A stretch of 60,585 bases of DNA, counting the filler, from Bipalium vagum (lineage: Eukaryota), in NCBI GenBank assembly GCA_037834085.1. It is 3 parts of 3 records of this genome, joined end to end, with 100 filler letters (N's around TTAATTAATTAA, not from the genome) between each part and the next. Parts side by side here need not be neighbours in the genome. Positions count along the whole stretch, not along the records: positions 34,375 to 60,585 come from JBBMKC010153641.1; 2 more parts are not named here. One strand, written 5' to 3'. The notes below the pieces were generated by a model. It had not been told where the DNA came from. It worked only from the letters and a program-made list of their open reading frames with translations, and ran no database searches. Made by a program: the position numbers and the translations under genes. This document shows positions 39,421-51,569 of this stretch, piece by piece. Every line of letters begins with the position of its first letter. Position 1 is the stretch's first letter.

Positions 39421-39930
39421 ATGTCATGATTTGCACAAAATTTATTTTTGAGTTTCGAATCGGTATAAGAGCAGCTGAAACTGCTCAAAAAGTTAATTAA
39501 GTCTGTGGTCATGGTACAGTACGACGTGAGTACCAGAAATTCTTTAATGAAGATATATCCCCTGTAGATGCGGAACGAATTGGTCATCCTTCCAAACTTG
39601 ATAACCAGGAGTTAATTGCTCTAGTGGAAACAATAAGAAACAATATATGTAAACAATAAGAAAACTTACCAAAATTCTAGATGTCAGTTTTGGAATCGTT
39701 TCCAGTTATATGAAGCAAATAGGTAAGACAAAGAAACTGGAAACGTGGTTGCCACATGAGGAAACCATAAAAACAAAATGAAGCGCTATAAGATATGCTC
39801 AGAACGAGTCATTTCTTCATCGTCTGGTTACTTGTGATGAAAAATGGTTGCTAGATAACAATATTAAACGTTCAGTAGTGGTTCGATATTTGTAAATGTC
39901 CTAAGTCTTTCTATTGCATGAAAATGCACC
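39421..39930 (+). mobile_element. mariner N-terminal remnant
   Basis: FEFRIGIRAAETAQK, KQIGKTKKLETWLPHE, FLHRLVTCDEKWLL. Confidence 0.8.
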
Positions 39931-39939
39931 CACATATAC

Positions 39940-41200
39940 AGGTGGAAATATTTACTTACAAGCTTAGTATAATTGTTGAAGGTTATATTAGTAATGGGAT
40001 AAATAGTTCTTTATTCATTTATAATTTATATTTCATTTATTTGTTTAAAAAGATATGAAAACTTATGATATTTGTGCTTCTAAGTTCATATGAACAATAA
40101 AACATTACAAAACTAGATTTTAATATGGAAAATTATATTTACACATTTTATGCGTTATACAAATTTTTTTGAGTAATACTTTTGTGAGTCTCTCTCAAAA
40201 AGTAAGATATATTCCTTGACATATCACATTTACGGAAATTTATTTTGTCAACTGCTTGAAATGATCTTTCTCGCAATTCTTTTGGATTCTTCGGTTGGTT
40301 ATTTGAATAAATAATGTCAAAAAGCATTTTCAAAATGTTTTCCATTAAATTAATATTCGAAAATTTGGATGGCCACTTAATTATTTCAAAATCCAGTTTG
40401 TTGAAAAATTCTTTACTTTTCTTGACCACATTAATGCTGCAATTATCTTGTACCAGATAAATCTTCGACTGAATATTTAAGTTCATTATTGGCACACAAA
40501 ACAATTTCATAGTATCAATATATTTATCAGCATTTTGTTTGCCTTAAAAAATTTTCAAAGTGATGAGGCCATTGAGCATAAGCATTCCCCAAGCTATTAA
40601 TCCACCTTGGCACCGCCGCTTTATTCGATTGAAATTTATTTACCTTGAACTAAAATGTGCACATATTATAAGGTACTTAAAATATATTGTTATTAAACAA
40701 TTCATTTACCAATTATCTGGAACATCCAGAGGAAAGCTTTTTTCATCTGTGAATACTGAACTTTCCCGTGGAATATTTTTATGAATCTATTATGATATCA
40801 GTTCAATTCTTAATTTTCTGTGACAAGGAGGAAGTTACATTTTCTGTTCTGCCTTTTTATACTTATATTCACTTTTCCTTAACCAATTGTTTAGAGTTCT
40901 TCTTGAAACACTTGCACTTGAAGTAACTTTGACACCTGATGAATTTTCATTGCTTATAAATCTTTTTAGCATTAGGAATTGCTATTTTTTTATAAGCATT
41001 TTCGGCTCTCTTTTCTTTTTTGGTTTTTTAAAATTTTATAATTAATAATACTTTGTACTGCTGCCATGGTCATTTTACATTTCTTTGCTATTGAGTTATA
41101 TGATTCTCTGAGATTTTGAAAATTATTAATTATTAGTTTAACTTCTTTCGATTGCATAAAAAATATTAATTTCAAGATATTGAGCATTTTTGTTATGTTA
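39940..41200 (-). mobile_element. decayed Tc1/Tc3-like DD34E element
   Basis: FTDEKSFPLDVPDN and LVQDNCS...WPSKFSNINLMENI (34-residue spacing); HTH remnant in ORF 40990-41187. Confidence 0.8.
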
Positions 41201-41738
41201 CATATTTTTTTTTAAGATTTTTTTGTAATAAAATTTTTATATTATATAATATGTAACCCAACTCTTAAACACCCGGTACCCGGGATGGAAATTCCCTATT
41301 CCGTTACTTTAGGGAAAATGAGGTGCGGGTGCCATCCTAGATTATAATGATATGTTTAATTATGTAATAAATATAAATCTATCTTAATATGTAAAAATAA
41401 TTTTAAAAATCTTATTAAATTTCAACAAATTCTTTTATGTAATTTTTTAAAATTAATTTCCTATTATATTAATTTATTAGAAAATACTAGTTTTTATGTT
41501 AAAAAAATTTGTAAAAGAATTTTGTAAGTAAATTATAAGAAATCAAATAATTTTGAAAAGAACTTAACAACAAATGTTCCATATAACTTAAGAGAAAATA
41601 ATATTTGTCATTTTCTTGAAAAAGATATTAGAAATGAAGAAGATACATTGATCATGATTATAATTATGGTAATTATAGAGGATTTGAACAAAAAAAATGT
41701 ATTATTAAAGCTTCTTATTCAAATTTTGTACCAATATA

Positions 41739-42335
41739 TACTGGTCGGATTAAAAGGTTTTATGCTTTTTTGTACTGAACACTTATTATCATATAACACT
41801 CAAATTTGATGTCAAATTTTCACAATGACTCAACTATACAATAAAAACCTTATATTTTGTTGATCCACCCCTATTTTCTTAAAATCAGCTAATCTATTAA
41901 GCATGCTCAGAATCAGTTTTTGAATCAGGTCGATGGATTTTGCTTCCTAAGCAGTTAGAATTCGTTCCCAAAGTTCCAATCGTGTTTTTCATAATTTTTC
42001 ATGAATTTCTATCAACATAATTCCATAAGTTCTCTATTGGGTTCATATCTGGTGATTGGGGAGAGACAATTAGTGAACGAAGGTATCGAGTTTTCATCAA
42101 ACCACTTTTTGGTGAATTTTGAAGTATAGCAAGGAGCGTTGTCTTGCTGGAATAAGTCATTTCTATCGGGAAAAAATTTGGCAATCAACGGTAACGATCC
42201 TTGGTCCAAAAATTAACAATAAGTGGCGCCAATCACATTAAGTCAATCAATCTATACCAACGCTCCAACTCCAAAATAGCTAAAGCAGCTCCAATCATCA
42301 CTCTATCGTCAAATTTCACGGTTTTGTTCATAGTT
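41739..42335 (-). mobile_element. Tc1 3' remnant
   Basis: FQQDNAPCYTSKFTKKWF and PQSPDMNPIENLW in two overlapping frames. Confidence 0.85.
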
Positions 42336-43359
42336 TTTTTTTATTTAAAAATGGTACCTAATTTGAAATGGTACTTGTAACCCTTATGAAATTCATAGTC
42401 TATGGACAAACATTAAAATGTCTGCCCATAAACCAAAAGAAAGGATAGTAAACATTATATTAAATGCAAAGAAATGCGAAAAAGTAAGTTTTCATGATAA
42501 TATAGAAAAAAGAATATATTTTAAATTATTTAAAATATATTGTTATTTATCTGTAGTTTTAACCATTATGAAATGATTTCAATCATGGAACTTAAACATG
42601 ATCATTAGTTTGTATTCAGTTATTTTATAAATAGTTTTTGTTAAAATTAAAAAATATTTTGTAGTGAATATTTTTAGTAATTGTTGTCTCCTGTTTTGGA
42701 TGTTGTTAATTTGGGATTGAATGTCTGAGAAATAATGTAATGAAATTATTTTTAAATTAATTAATTGAATGAATTCAGTTTTTCTCCATTTGTGGTTGAT
42801 GCGACTATCTTAGTTTCTGTAAAATAAGATCAAGTTAAGTTGTGAAAAGTTGATTTGTGACCGAATGACGCTGTAATTTTTATTGGCAGTGGAACAATCT
42901 TGAAAATCGGGAAATAAGTTGAATGGAATAATTTGGGATTCATTTTGATTGATTGAGATATTACACTATTCGCTTTTGTTATAGTAGTTTTAAAGCTTTT
43001 TTATATACATAAAAATTTTTTTTGAATTTTTCTCATTCTACTAACCCTGGATTAAGCATTATTACTTTTTGCAATCCTAAATGGATTTATAATAATGGAT
43101 AGAATTGGCTATCTATTCTGTCATTGATGATAGGAGAGAAAAATATTTTTGAGACAGTTTTGGCTGCCTCCAAAATTTTTAAAAACAGCAAAGGCCTTTC
43201 AAAAATTAGTTATAAATGAAACTGAAAGAATAAAAAAGTTAGTAAACCAACATTTCAGAGAGAAATTTTTTCAGAAAACTTAATGGTAATTCATTATAAA
43301 AAGTATAAAACAAAAATATTCTGTATTTTAGAACTATCAGAATTATTGTGTGAATTTTA

Positions 43360-46300
43360 ATATAATATACTGAGCGTCAACTTTTTAGCACACTAAGAAT
43401 TTTCTTTACAAATTCATGATTATGATCAAATTATGATCTTTATACAAGATAATAACACCGAATATGGTTAAGTATCACAGATAGTTATTGCTATAATCAA
43501 TAGTCCATAATAGATCTTCATCAAAATTGTCTAATATGGAGTTGTCTTCATTGTCGTCGGCGTTGTTGTGGTCGATCATCATGTTATCAGCTATTTTATC
43601 GACATCCAAAGCAACAAAACTTGACATTGACCTATCTCGAAGAAAGACCCATTGTGCGGTGCTCCATTTAATATTTGAAGAGACACAAAATTAGGCAATT
43701 GTAATGATGATTTTCTTCTTCAGCTCCAGTTTTGATAGTATTGTGTTATTCCTCTTTGACCATGACCCTAAACAACCAACGATAAAAGTGTCTAGTTCAA
43801 CGATCCATCCTGGAAGTGGAGTTTTTGTCGTTAGATCGTCGTAGTGAACCAGTTTCTGATAATGTTTTCAATATATGTTCTTTTCAGTATCAAATGGGCA
43901 TTTAACATCGATTAAAAATAGTTTTTTTGATTTCATGAATTCAATTTGCAAGTCAATGATTGAATGTATTGACTTTCAAAATTGACATATTTTGCTTCTG
44001 TGTAAAATAAAAGTTGTTGAGCTAGATAATCTTGAATTGAATTGTGACGAGAGAGAATAAATATTCTTGAAGGCACACATTCAACGAGAACATGTGCTAG
44101 TGATTCTTCTGATACTGGACATCTGGGACATACTCTGTTTGTGCTTCGATGCCTTGCATTTATTTGGGTGATATTATTTGTATGATCGTTCTAGATGGAT
44201 AAAATACCAGGCTGAGATACATATTTTCCCCTGAAATATTGGTGTTGTTGACAGTTTTGAAGAACCAATACTCGTAGCAAATCCTCCAGCACTTTGTTGA
44301 CGACTCCGTTTGTGGTTCCACGAGTTTTGTACCAGTGTATGAAGTAATTTTGATAAGCATTTTAAGTCTTCAGGATTGATTAGATCTTTAGTTTTCGTGT
44401 CTTGTTCAAGGCATTGGGAAAATTTGAGACAAATGTCTTTTTTCATCTTTTATGAATGATAAGGTGATAGAATGTCTATTTTTCAATTTGAAGATAGCAT
44501 CTCTAATTTTTGTCCACCAGCATTTTAATCATTAATAATGATTATTGCCTTTTTTATCCAAATTTTGTTTTGTCAATTATTTTGTCAATTATTATTTGGA
44601 AGGCACTTGTAGGTTTGTATAAGAAGACTTTTCGAAGGTTTTAATCTGTTACAGATCTTTTTAGTGATTGTCCCAGAAACAATCGTTTTTCCTTTATTGG
44701 ACTTATCTCTTATATAATTTTTACAATTTTATTATCAGCTTCATCGTTTGAACATTTTAATTCTTTAATGTTTAGCAGCGAGCTGTACTCTGTAAATGTA
44801 CGTATTTTTAACCTTTACATGTGAACGTATGGGTCTTAATCTAATAACTTTTATTTGCTTGCTTATGAGCTGTGCCGTGCTTACTTTGATTTTATTGATG
44901 TTAATTAGGTTTCATGATTTACTGTTAAAAATTGAGTAAATATATTCACATATTAGAAGACCGCTTTCGGATGGAGATCTCATTTTCTGAATTTGTCCTA
45001 TTTTTGTTATTTTAAACACAATTTGCCCGAGAAGGAAGTATGTCACAAAAGTGAAGATAATTTTTAAAAGTTCACTCCTTTCGTCGCAATGAGGATTTGG
45101 ATCCAGACAGTATATTGATTCAATAAAACATCGCAGACAAAAAGACCCCAATAATTTTTTAATGTGTCAAAGTATGGAAAGAAGATCATGGTTTTGTCTT
45201 TAAACATTTTAAGTGCCAAATACGTTTTAATGAATTCCAGATTTTTAGTGACTAAGGCTTTGGATATTATTGGATTGGTAACAATGATATCCGGAGAGTT
45301 AATTTAATGACAGCAATATGTAGCTGTGTGGTTATTCTTAAAAAATAATAAAGCTGAGAGGTCTTTCAGCGCAGAATTGAATGTTGTGGAATCAATAGAA
45401 ACAGTAATCTTTTTGAAGGAGTTACATAGATTTCCTTGCCCTGAGAGTTGAGAGATGAGTCGAGTAGATTTTAAGAGATTGTGTACATTTTTAGAATCTC
45501 TTTGATGTACAAGGGAGCTATTGAAAAGTTAGAATCATCCCATTTATGACTGATCATTGCTCCGTAGGCAGCAAAAAATAGTCCGCAATCATAGTCATTG
45601 TTCTGCCTTGTAATAGTTAATTCTCGATCAATGACTCTTGTATTCAGTTTAAAAGATTCATTCAAATCTTCATTAAGATTTTTAATATTTTCATGTACAT
45701 ATTCAGGCACGAAAGCGGAAGGAAGAGGGTCAAGGTAAAAGGAAACTCTAGTTATTTTACAATAAAAAATATGATCCAATGTTTGTTTAGGATATTCAGT
45801 GGACATCTAAGCCTTTCAGCTACGTACGCTACAGGTGTGAAAGCCAGATACGATTCATTTCTATTGGCAAGGCCAAATTCAATAAGAGGATTGACAGCAA
45901 AATTTTGACAGTTATTCACAGTTTTGGACAAATAAAAATGAATGTCGATATCAGTAAAAAGAAAATGATTAAAAAAGGAAATTCGTTGTCTGATTGAGGG
46001 ATATCAGTGCTATTTACACCTGTCAAATCTATTAGATTTGAATCAGGGTAGACAGGTGTAGGCACTATTTGTCAATTTGAGGTACTGGGAACCTGTGGCT
46101 CAACCAGTTTCAATCTTGTTCTTGTTGATTTTGGTAAAAATCAATTTTATTTTCTATAAGTTTCTCAGAGACCTCATTCGAGATTTTGTCATTTTGATTA
46201 TTTTTTTCATTCACCTTGGCTCCCACCCATGTTCTGAAAGTCATTATTTAGTCATGTGATACATTGTTTGCATATTCTAAAGCAAGCTAAGTTGTTTTCA

Positions 46301-46560
46301 AATAGAATTAATTCTTCAGATTTTGCACAGACTTGACAGTGATCTTGATTATTAATCTTATACTGATGTTCATCAACGATCACTGAAGAATTTTTTTTCC
46401 TGGATTTTTCATTAGTGGTCTTGCGTAAAATGGATTTATGTTGGCTAATGGTGGAATGTTTAAAGATATTTTTCGTTTTCCAAATCATTTTTGAATTTTA
46501 GATGAGGCATCTTATCAGTTGTGAGCTCGATAAGGTTATTATTTAAGAATGAAAATTTTC
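43360..46560 (-). mobile_element. decayed RLE-type non-LTR retrotransposon (NeSL/R5/Utopia-like) with PHD-like finger, Ulp1 protease, CCHC knuckle and restriction-like endonuclease; RT core missing
   Basis: CQVC...LILFE...CFRICKQC...GWEPR (PHD-like, ~46220-46345). PLNILNKHWIIF, FYLDPL and RQNNDYDCGLF (Ulp1/C48, ~45500-45980). CPRC-x7-H-x4-C, SRHNSI, FLIDVKCPFD and FIVGCLGSW (RLE, ~43740-44140). Confidence 0.85.
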
Positions 46561-47021
46561 CCCGATTGTATAATGTAGAAATTTGTACATTAAAATGATA
46601 TTTCTATCATTGTGTTCTGTAGGTATCTGTAGTTTTGTTAACTTCGTTTGTTCTGCTATGTTATTGCAGTGAATATGAATAATGCTTAAAAATTTGTTTA
46701 GAGATTTTGAAAAATTTTCTGATAAATTGTCTATGAGGCTAATTGGAGTTCCAATATTATTTCTTCCTGTTTTATCTCGATTTAATCATATATTTACGCC
46801 ATATACCTTATCCTTGTACAATATATATTTTTAAGATCGATAATGTTTAGGATCTCAGCAACGTTTAATTTCGTCTGTAATATTTGATTAATTTTATAAC
46901 ATTTGTTAGCGCTTTCGCTAGATTTATTTAGCCACCCAGCTCTGAAAATGCAGTAAATAGGATCTTTCTTTCTCGTTTATATAGTTTACGAATCAAAACT
47001 TTGGAGCTTAAGTGATGATTA

Positions 47022-48800
47022 CACACCTGTAACAAAACTTTTTTGTCTTTTCCCTCTTTATTTTTTAACTTTATTCAGTTACGCATGTTATAATAGGAAG
47101 GGTGACAAAATTTAACAGAAATCGGTAGAATCGTTTATACTTACATCACTTTTAACAAAATAAAAAAATGTTACAAAACTAGCAATACTTTATTACGCAA
47201 CAGTACATTAATCAAAGAAAGAGATGTTTCTTTGGAGTGACCATATATAATCGGCCATCATTTCATTTGGTCGACTGTCATCAAAACGATTTTCAAAGGC
47301 TTGCATGGTTTTATGTAGCCTTTCGCCGTGTTCATTGGAAAATCTCCCAAGGTGACGTCCAAATTCCTTCTTATGCTTGAAAAGATGCACCTTATTGATA
47401 ACTCGTTCATAATCCATTACTGCCAAGCTATCGATAAATCATCTTTTCTTTGTTCCCAGTTTCCACTCACTTCCTTACCTAACACACCTTTGACTACCAA
47501 GCAAAAGTTTTCCAAGACCATAAGCTGGCAAGGTGTCATACTGCAAGAGAAATTGAAGTCATTAATGAGACGACGAATTTCTGGACCATTGAAAACACCA
47601 TTTTCAAGTTTGGCTTCAGACTTATTAAATTTGTTGCGAATAAACTTGTAGCAGTTACTATTCTTGTCCAAAGATTTGACAAACTTTTGAAAGAGGCCAA
47701 GCTTTATATATAAAACAGGTAAAACAATTTTTTCTGCTGTTACTAATGGCTGACTGTCACAAGATGTACGAGGTGGCCAAATGTTATCTGATTTGAAGTC
47801 AAGATGACTGTTTCTAGAGTCAAACATGCAGTACAAGCATAGGTATTTTGCGAAACCACTTTTTAAACCCATAATAAAATTTAATACTTTAAGATTGCAC
47901 ATTATCAGCCATTCATGACTATGGTAATCAAGTACCTCAAATATTTCTTGATTGAATCACGTTCTACTTTCATATGTCCTAAGGCTATTGGAAAGATGGG
48001 TAGATCATTATTTTTGTACATGAGACCTGACTTTAGACTTTTCATTGAAGAATTTATAAAAAGGCGCCAATCACTTCTGTTATATTCAATCTGTAAAATA
48101 TTTAGCAAGCCTCCGATATCATGACAAAAATTCATTCCATCATGAGAAGAAAAGAAGCCCAGAATAATTTCGTTACGTTTCACGATTTGTCTTATCGTAA
48201 CACCAATTAATTGTGTTCGTATGAGGATCTTTCCTTAATATTGAAAGACATTTTTTTGATTTCACCTTGCTCAGACTCAATTCCCTACAAAAATTCTGAA
48301 AAAAGTTGGTAGACCATTCAAATCTAGACTCATTTCCATTTATATCAAATGCACACATGCTTGCCTTACTAGAATCAGTACTACTGAAAGGTGACAATGT
48401 CGTGCGATCAGCCAGGTCCGGACAATCATTTCTGGATATTTGACAATCGTCACAATCAAAATAAATAGGTTTATTTTTTAAAGTCGGTTTTTCAATTGAG
48501 CAAAAATAGCAAATACCGAAATCATGGCTTTTGTTTTTAGTCCAAATCACTGGGCACTGAAAAGGAAATTTATCACTGCCATTCCGACTGTACATATATA
48601 AATATCGATAGCAAGAAGGAAATACAAAGGACTGTGCAAAACCTTAGCTATTTTCATTTACTATTACTTATGAAATATTTCCAATAGGCATCCTGAACTG
48701 CGGCATTAAATTTTCTTGGTTGCCTCGCAATGAATTTCGCACAAACAAAGCAGAAATCATCCGGATTAATTTTATGGTTTGCTTTGTTGATGACAATAAA
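47022..48800 (-). mobile_element. Chapaev3-like (CMC superfamily) transposase pseudogene
   Basis: NPDDFCFVC; FPFQCPVIW...H..GICYFC; WRLFINSSMKSLKSGL; GLKSGFAKYLCLYCMFDSR; LYIKLGLFQKFVKSL; SEAKLENGVFNGPEIR; SNEHGERLH...MMADYIW. Spread over ORFs 47208-48595 with frameshifts; ends uncertain. Confidence 0.82.
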
Positions 48801-48804
48801 TATA

Positions 48805-49950
48805 GTTTTATTAAAATACTCTTTGCCTTATAGTTTTTATATTACTTTTATAACGAATACTTTTCATCGTGGAAACTCTTTAATCGAAATAAAAATCATT
48901 CGATTCAACACATCTTAGTCAACAGGACAAAAATTTATTTATGCAGATTGAAAAAATTCTGGAATTGATGAAATTAATAAATGGGTTTTGACATCATCCT
49001 GATTTTTAAAATATTTTCCTTTCAAGAAGTTTTGCAAATGTATAAAGAAGTGATAGACAGTCTGGTGAGTATGATTGATGAAATAGAATTCGTAGCTAAG
49101 CTGTTTAATTTCTGTAAGGTCGATTGTGCCACACTTGATCGAGTGTTACCATCCTTTTCTATTGACTAAAAAAGTTTCAAGTTGACTGTTAAAGTTTCAA
49201 GTACATCTGGTAGATTTTATAAAAATATTTCTCTGCCGTAATGATTTCGCTCTAGTGTCAGAAACTGTGATGATTGAGACTGGTCGCAAACAGTCACCAT
49301 TGCCGTCTTTTGATATAAATTTATTTTTGGTCAATGATGCGAAACTTTATAATGGTCTAATTATTGATCTGAGATATTCCGGTTGTCATACATAATCCAC
49401 TTTCCATCGCAGTGGAGAAAGGGCTCATTATTGTTCCGAAAAATAAGCACAGACGCAACTTAAAATACACGATTTTTCTGGTTTTCTACAATTGATGAAG
49501 TAATTATTGTCAATCTTTTTTGATTTACCAATTTCTTCAGGGTGGTTCCAAGTTGTTCAAATAGATACATTCATTTTCTTTACAAGTTCTCGAATTGTAT
49601 GTGAATTGGCCTCCACTAAAGCCTTCAATTTGTCATTTTTGATGATAGTATTTCATCAACGTCCTTCGGCATCTCAATAGAAAACTTTTTAAACCAGCGT
49701 TATGCATTCTTTTTGCTTCTTGTTCTTATTCATACGCACTGCTGATGTTACGACTTGCTTCAGCTCTCTTATGACAAAGTATAAATTCGTATTAGAAAAT
49801 TAAGCATACTTTTTGCTGAGTAAGTTCAATAATTATTAAACATTATTTTTTAATTAAATTAAAACGTTAAGTTCACAAAAATGTAGATTGAAATGAGAGG
49901 TTTAAGATGATATATTTTCCCAGCTCTAACTATCAAATTATTTACCTCTG
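48805..49950 (-). mobile_element. decayed mariner element
   Basis: AEASRNISSAY...WFKKF, LEPP/WVPH-like region, SYSPD, and C-terminal PEFFQSA*NKFLSC*LRCVESNDFYFD*. Confidence 0.75.
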
Positions 49951-50499
49951 TTAAAAACCGGTAATCAGGATCTAAAATCATTCAGTTCCACCATTCTTCC
50001 ACCTCCCTGGTCCTTATCAGCTCCCATATTGTCATTCGAACAGTTCGAAATTCGTCCCAAAAAAACCTATCTATATGCACAAAACAGACATAGATTTGTA
50101 AGTTCCAGACGGCGATATGCGCATTTTATTTATTTTTCGTCAGAAGAAGTGATTCAAGGAAGATGAATTGTGTATTGAAGCCAGTTATTTCCTTTAAGAA
50201 ATCGGATTGTAAATTGGTCATGTCGGGTTTGGTCGTTTTCATGTGAGCCGTAAGGACCTGACTAATGAACCCAAGACACATTTTACACTCTCTTTAATTA
50301 TTAATTGTCTTTTCATAAGTATTTTCATTTATTATTTAATATTTTTTATTTATCTCATTCTTAATCGATAATAATATTAGGTGTATTAATGTGTTTCCGG
50401 CTTTTTAATAAAATGCATAATATTTAAGTTTTCTTTAGTTACATATAATCAAAATATTTTCCATTTACAGATATGACATTGGACCATCTTTTAGGCAAC

Positions 50500-51410
50500 A
50501 AATGCATTCTACGACCCATAAATATTGTGTTTGGGCGTTGATATACTCGGTCACCATTTTAGTCAAGGGATAGTCAAGAAATATAATACTCAAAGAACTT
50601 TAAGAAAATAAAAGAGGCACCTCCAGGCCAAAAAAATTAATTATACCGGATAAACAACAAAATTTTATTAAAGAATGGATTGATGAAGACTATTCGATCT
50701 CTTTAACAAAAATTTCTGGTATTTGAAATTTCTGGTTTCAAAGACTACAATCAAAAATGTTATATAAGAATTTAATTATATCTTGAAACTAGTGCATAAT
50801 ATTCCAGAAAAAAGAAATGATGCATCAAATATACAATCAAGATTTTGCTATGCACAAGAATTTATTAAACTTCATCAAGTTTCTGAAAGTAACGTATTTT
50901 TTATTGACGAAGTTGGCTTTAATGTAAGCATGAGAGCTAAGGGAGGTCGATCTTTTAAAGGAAAAAACCTATTCAGGTTGTCCAATCTTTAATATTAAGA
51001 AACTTATCTGTTTGTTGTGCAATGAATAGGGAATCTTTATATTATTAAGTTGCTCAAACTTGTCCTTTTAATAGTGACTTTTTTTGAAATATATAGAAAA
51101 ATTAAATGCTTTGGTTTAAGAAAAATTGTATACAAAATCGGTCTTAATGTCTTTTCCATAAAACTGCAAGAATAAGGACATTGATAGAGGAAAACGGTTT
51201 CAGTTTATTATTTTTACTTCCATACTCACCTTTTTAAAACTCCATTGAAATTACGAAGAGAGAGACCAGAAAACGAAGAATCTTTAATGGAACTTATAAA
51301 TAATGGTTCAAGGTTTATTACAAGTGAAGATTTCTCCGGTTTCTATCTCAATATGGCTTCATACATTCCAAGATATTTGAACAAGGAAATTATTATTAAT
51401 GAATAAATGT
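50500..51410 (+). mobile_element. IS630-like Tc1 (DD34E-type) transposase remnant
   Basis: VFFIDEVGFNVSMRAKGGRS, RNLSVCCAM, FLLPYSPF*NSIE. Confidence 0.75.
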
Positions 51411-51569
51411 ATTTCTGTTTGAATTTTTTTAATGTTATGAACATATACCTGTTGTAATTAACATTTTGTCAAAATAGACTTTTACGAGGTCAAATTAGAA
51501 TTTTACAATGTCAAAATTAAACTTGACATTGTGAAAATAGAGCTTTAGAATGTCAAAAATAAATAATAA

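Noticed and set aside
41270-41340. HDV-like or hammerhead ribozyme call
   Set aside because: No P3/L3/J4-2 consensus and no CUGANGA/GAAA core on either strand; kept only as an unexplained structure.
42825-46520. Two 11-nt U2 snRNA-like matches (TAAGATCAAGT ~42825, TCTTATCAGTT ~46510) near the NeSL-like element, suggesting a Utopia-type U2 target
   Set aside because: The matches are short, AT-rich, not at the element junctions and on the opposite strand; chance is the simpler explanation.
47022-48950. Apparent TIR pair for the Chapaev3-like element
   Set aside because: The right-hand candidate (~48925-48950) is the C-terminal coding region of the adjacent mariner.
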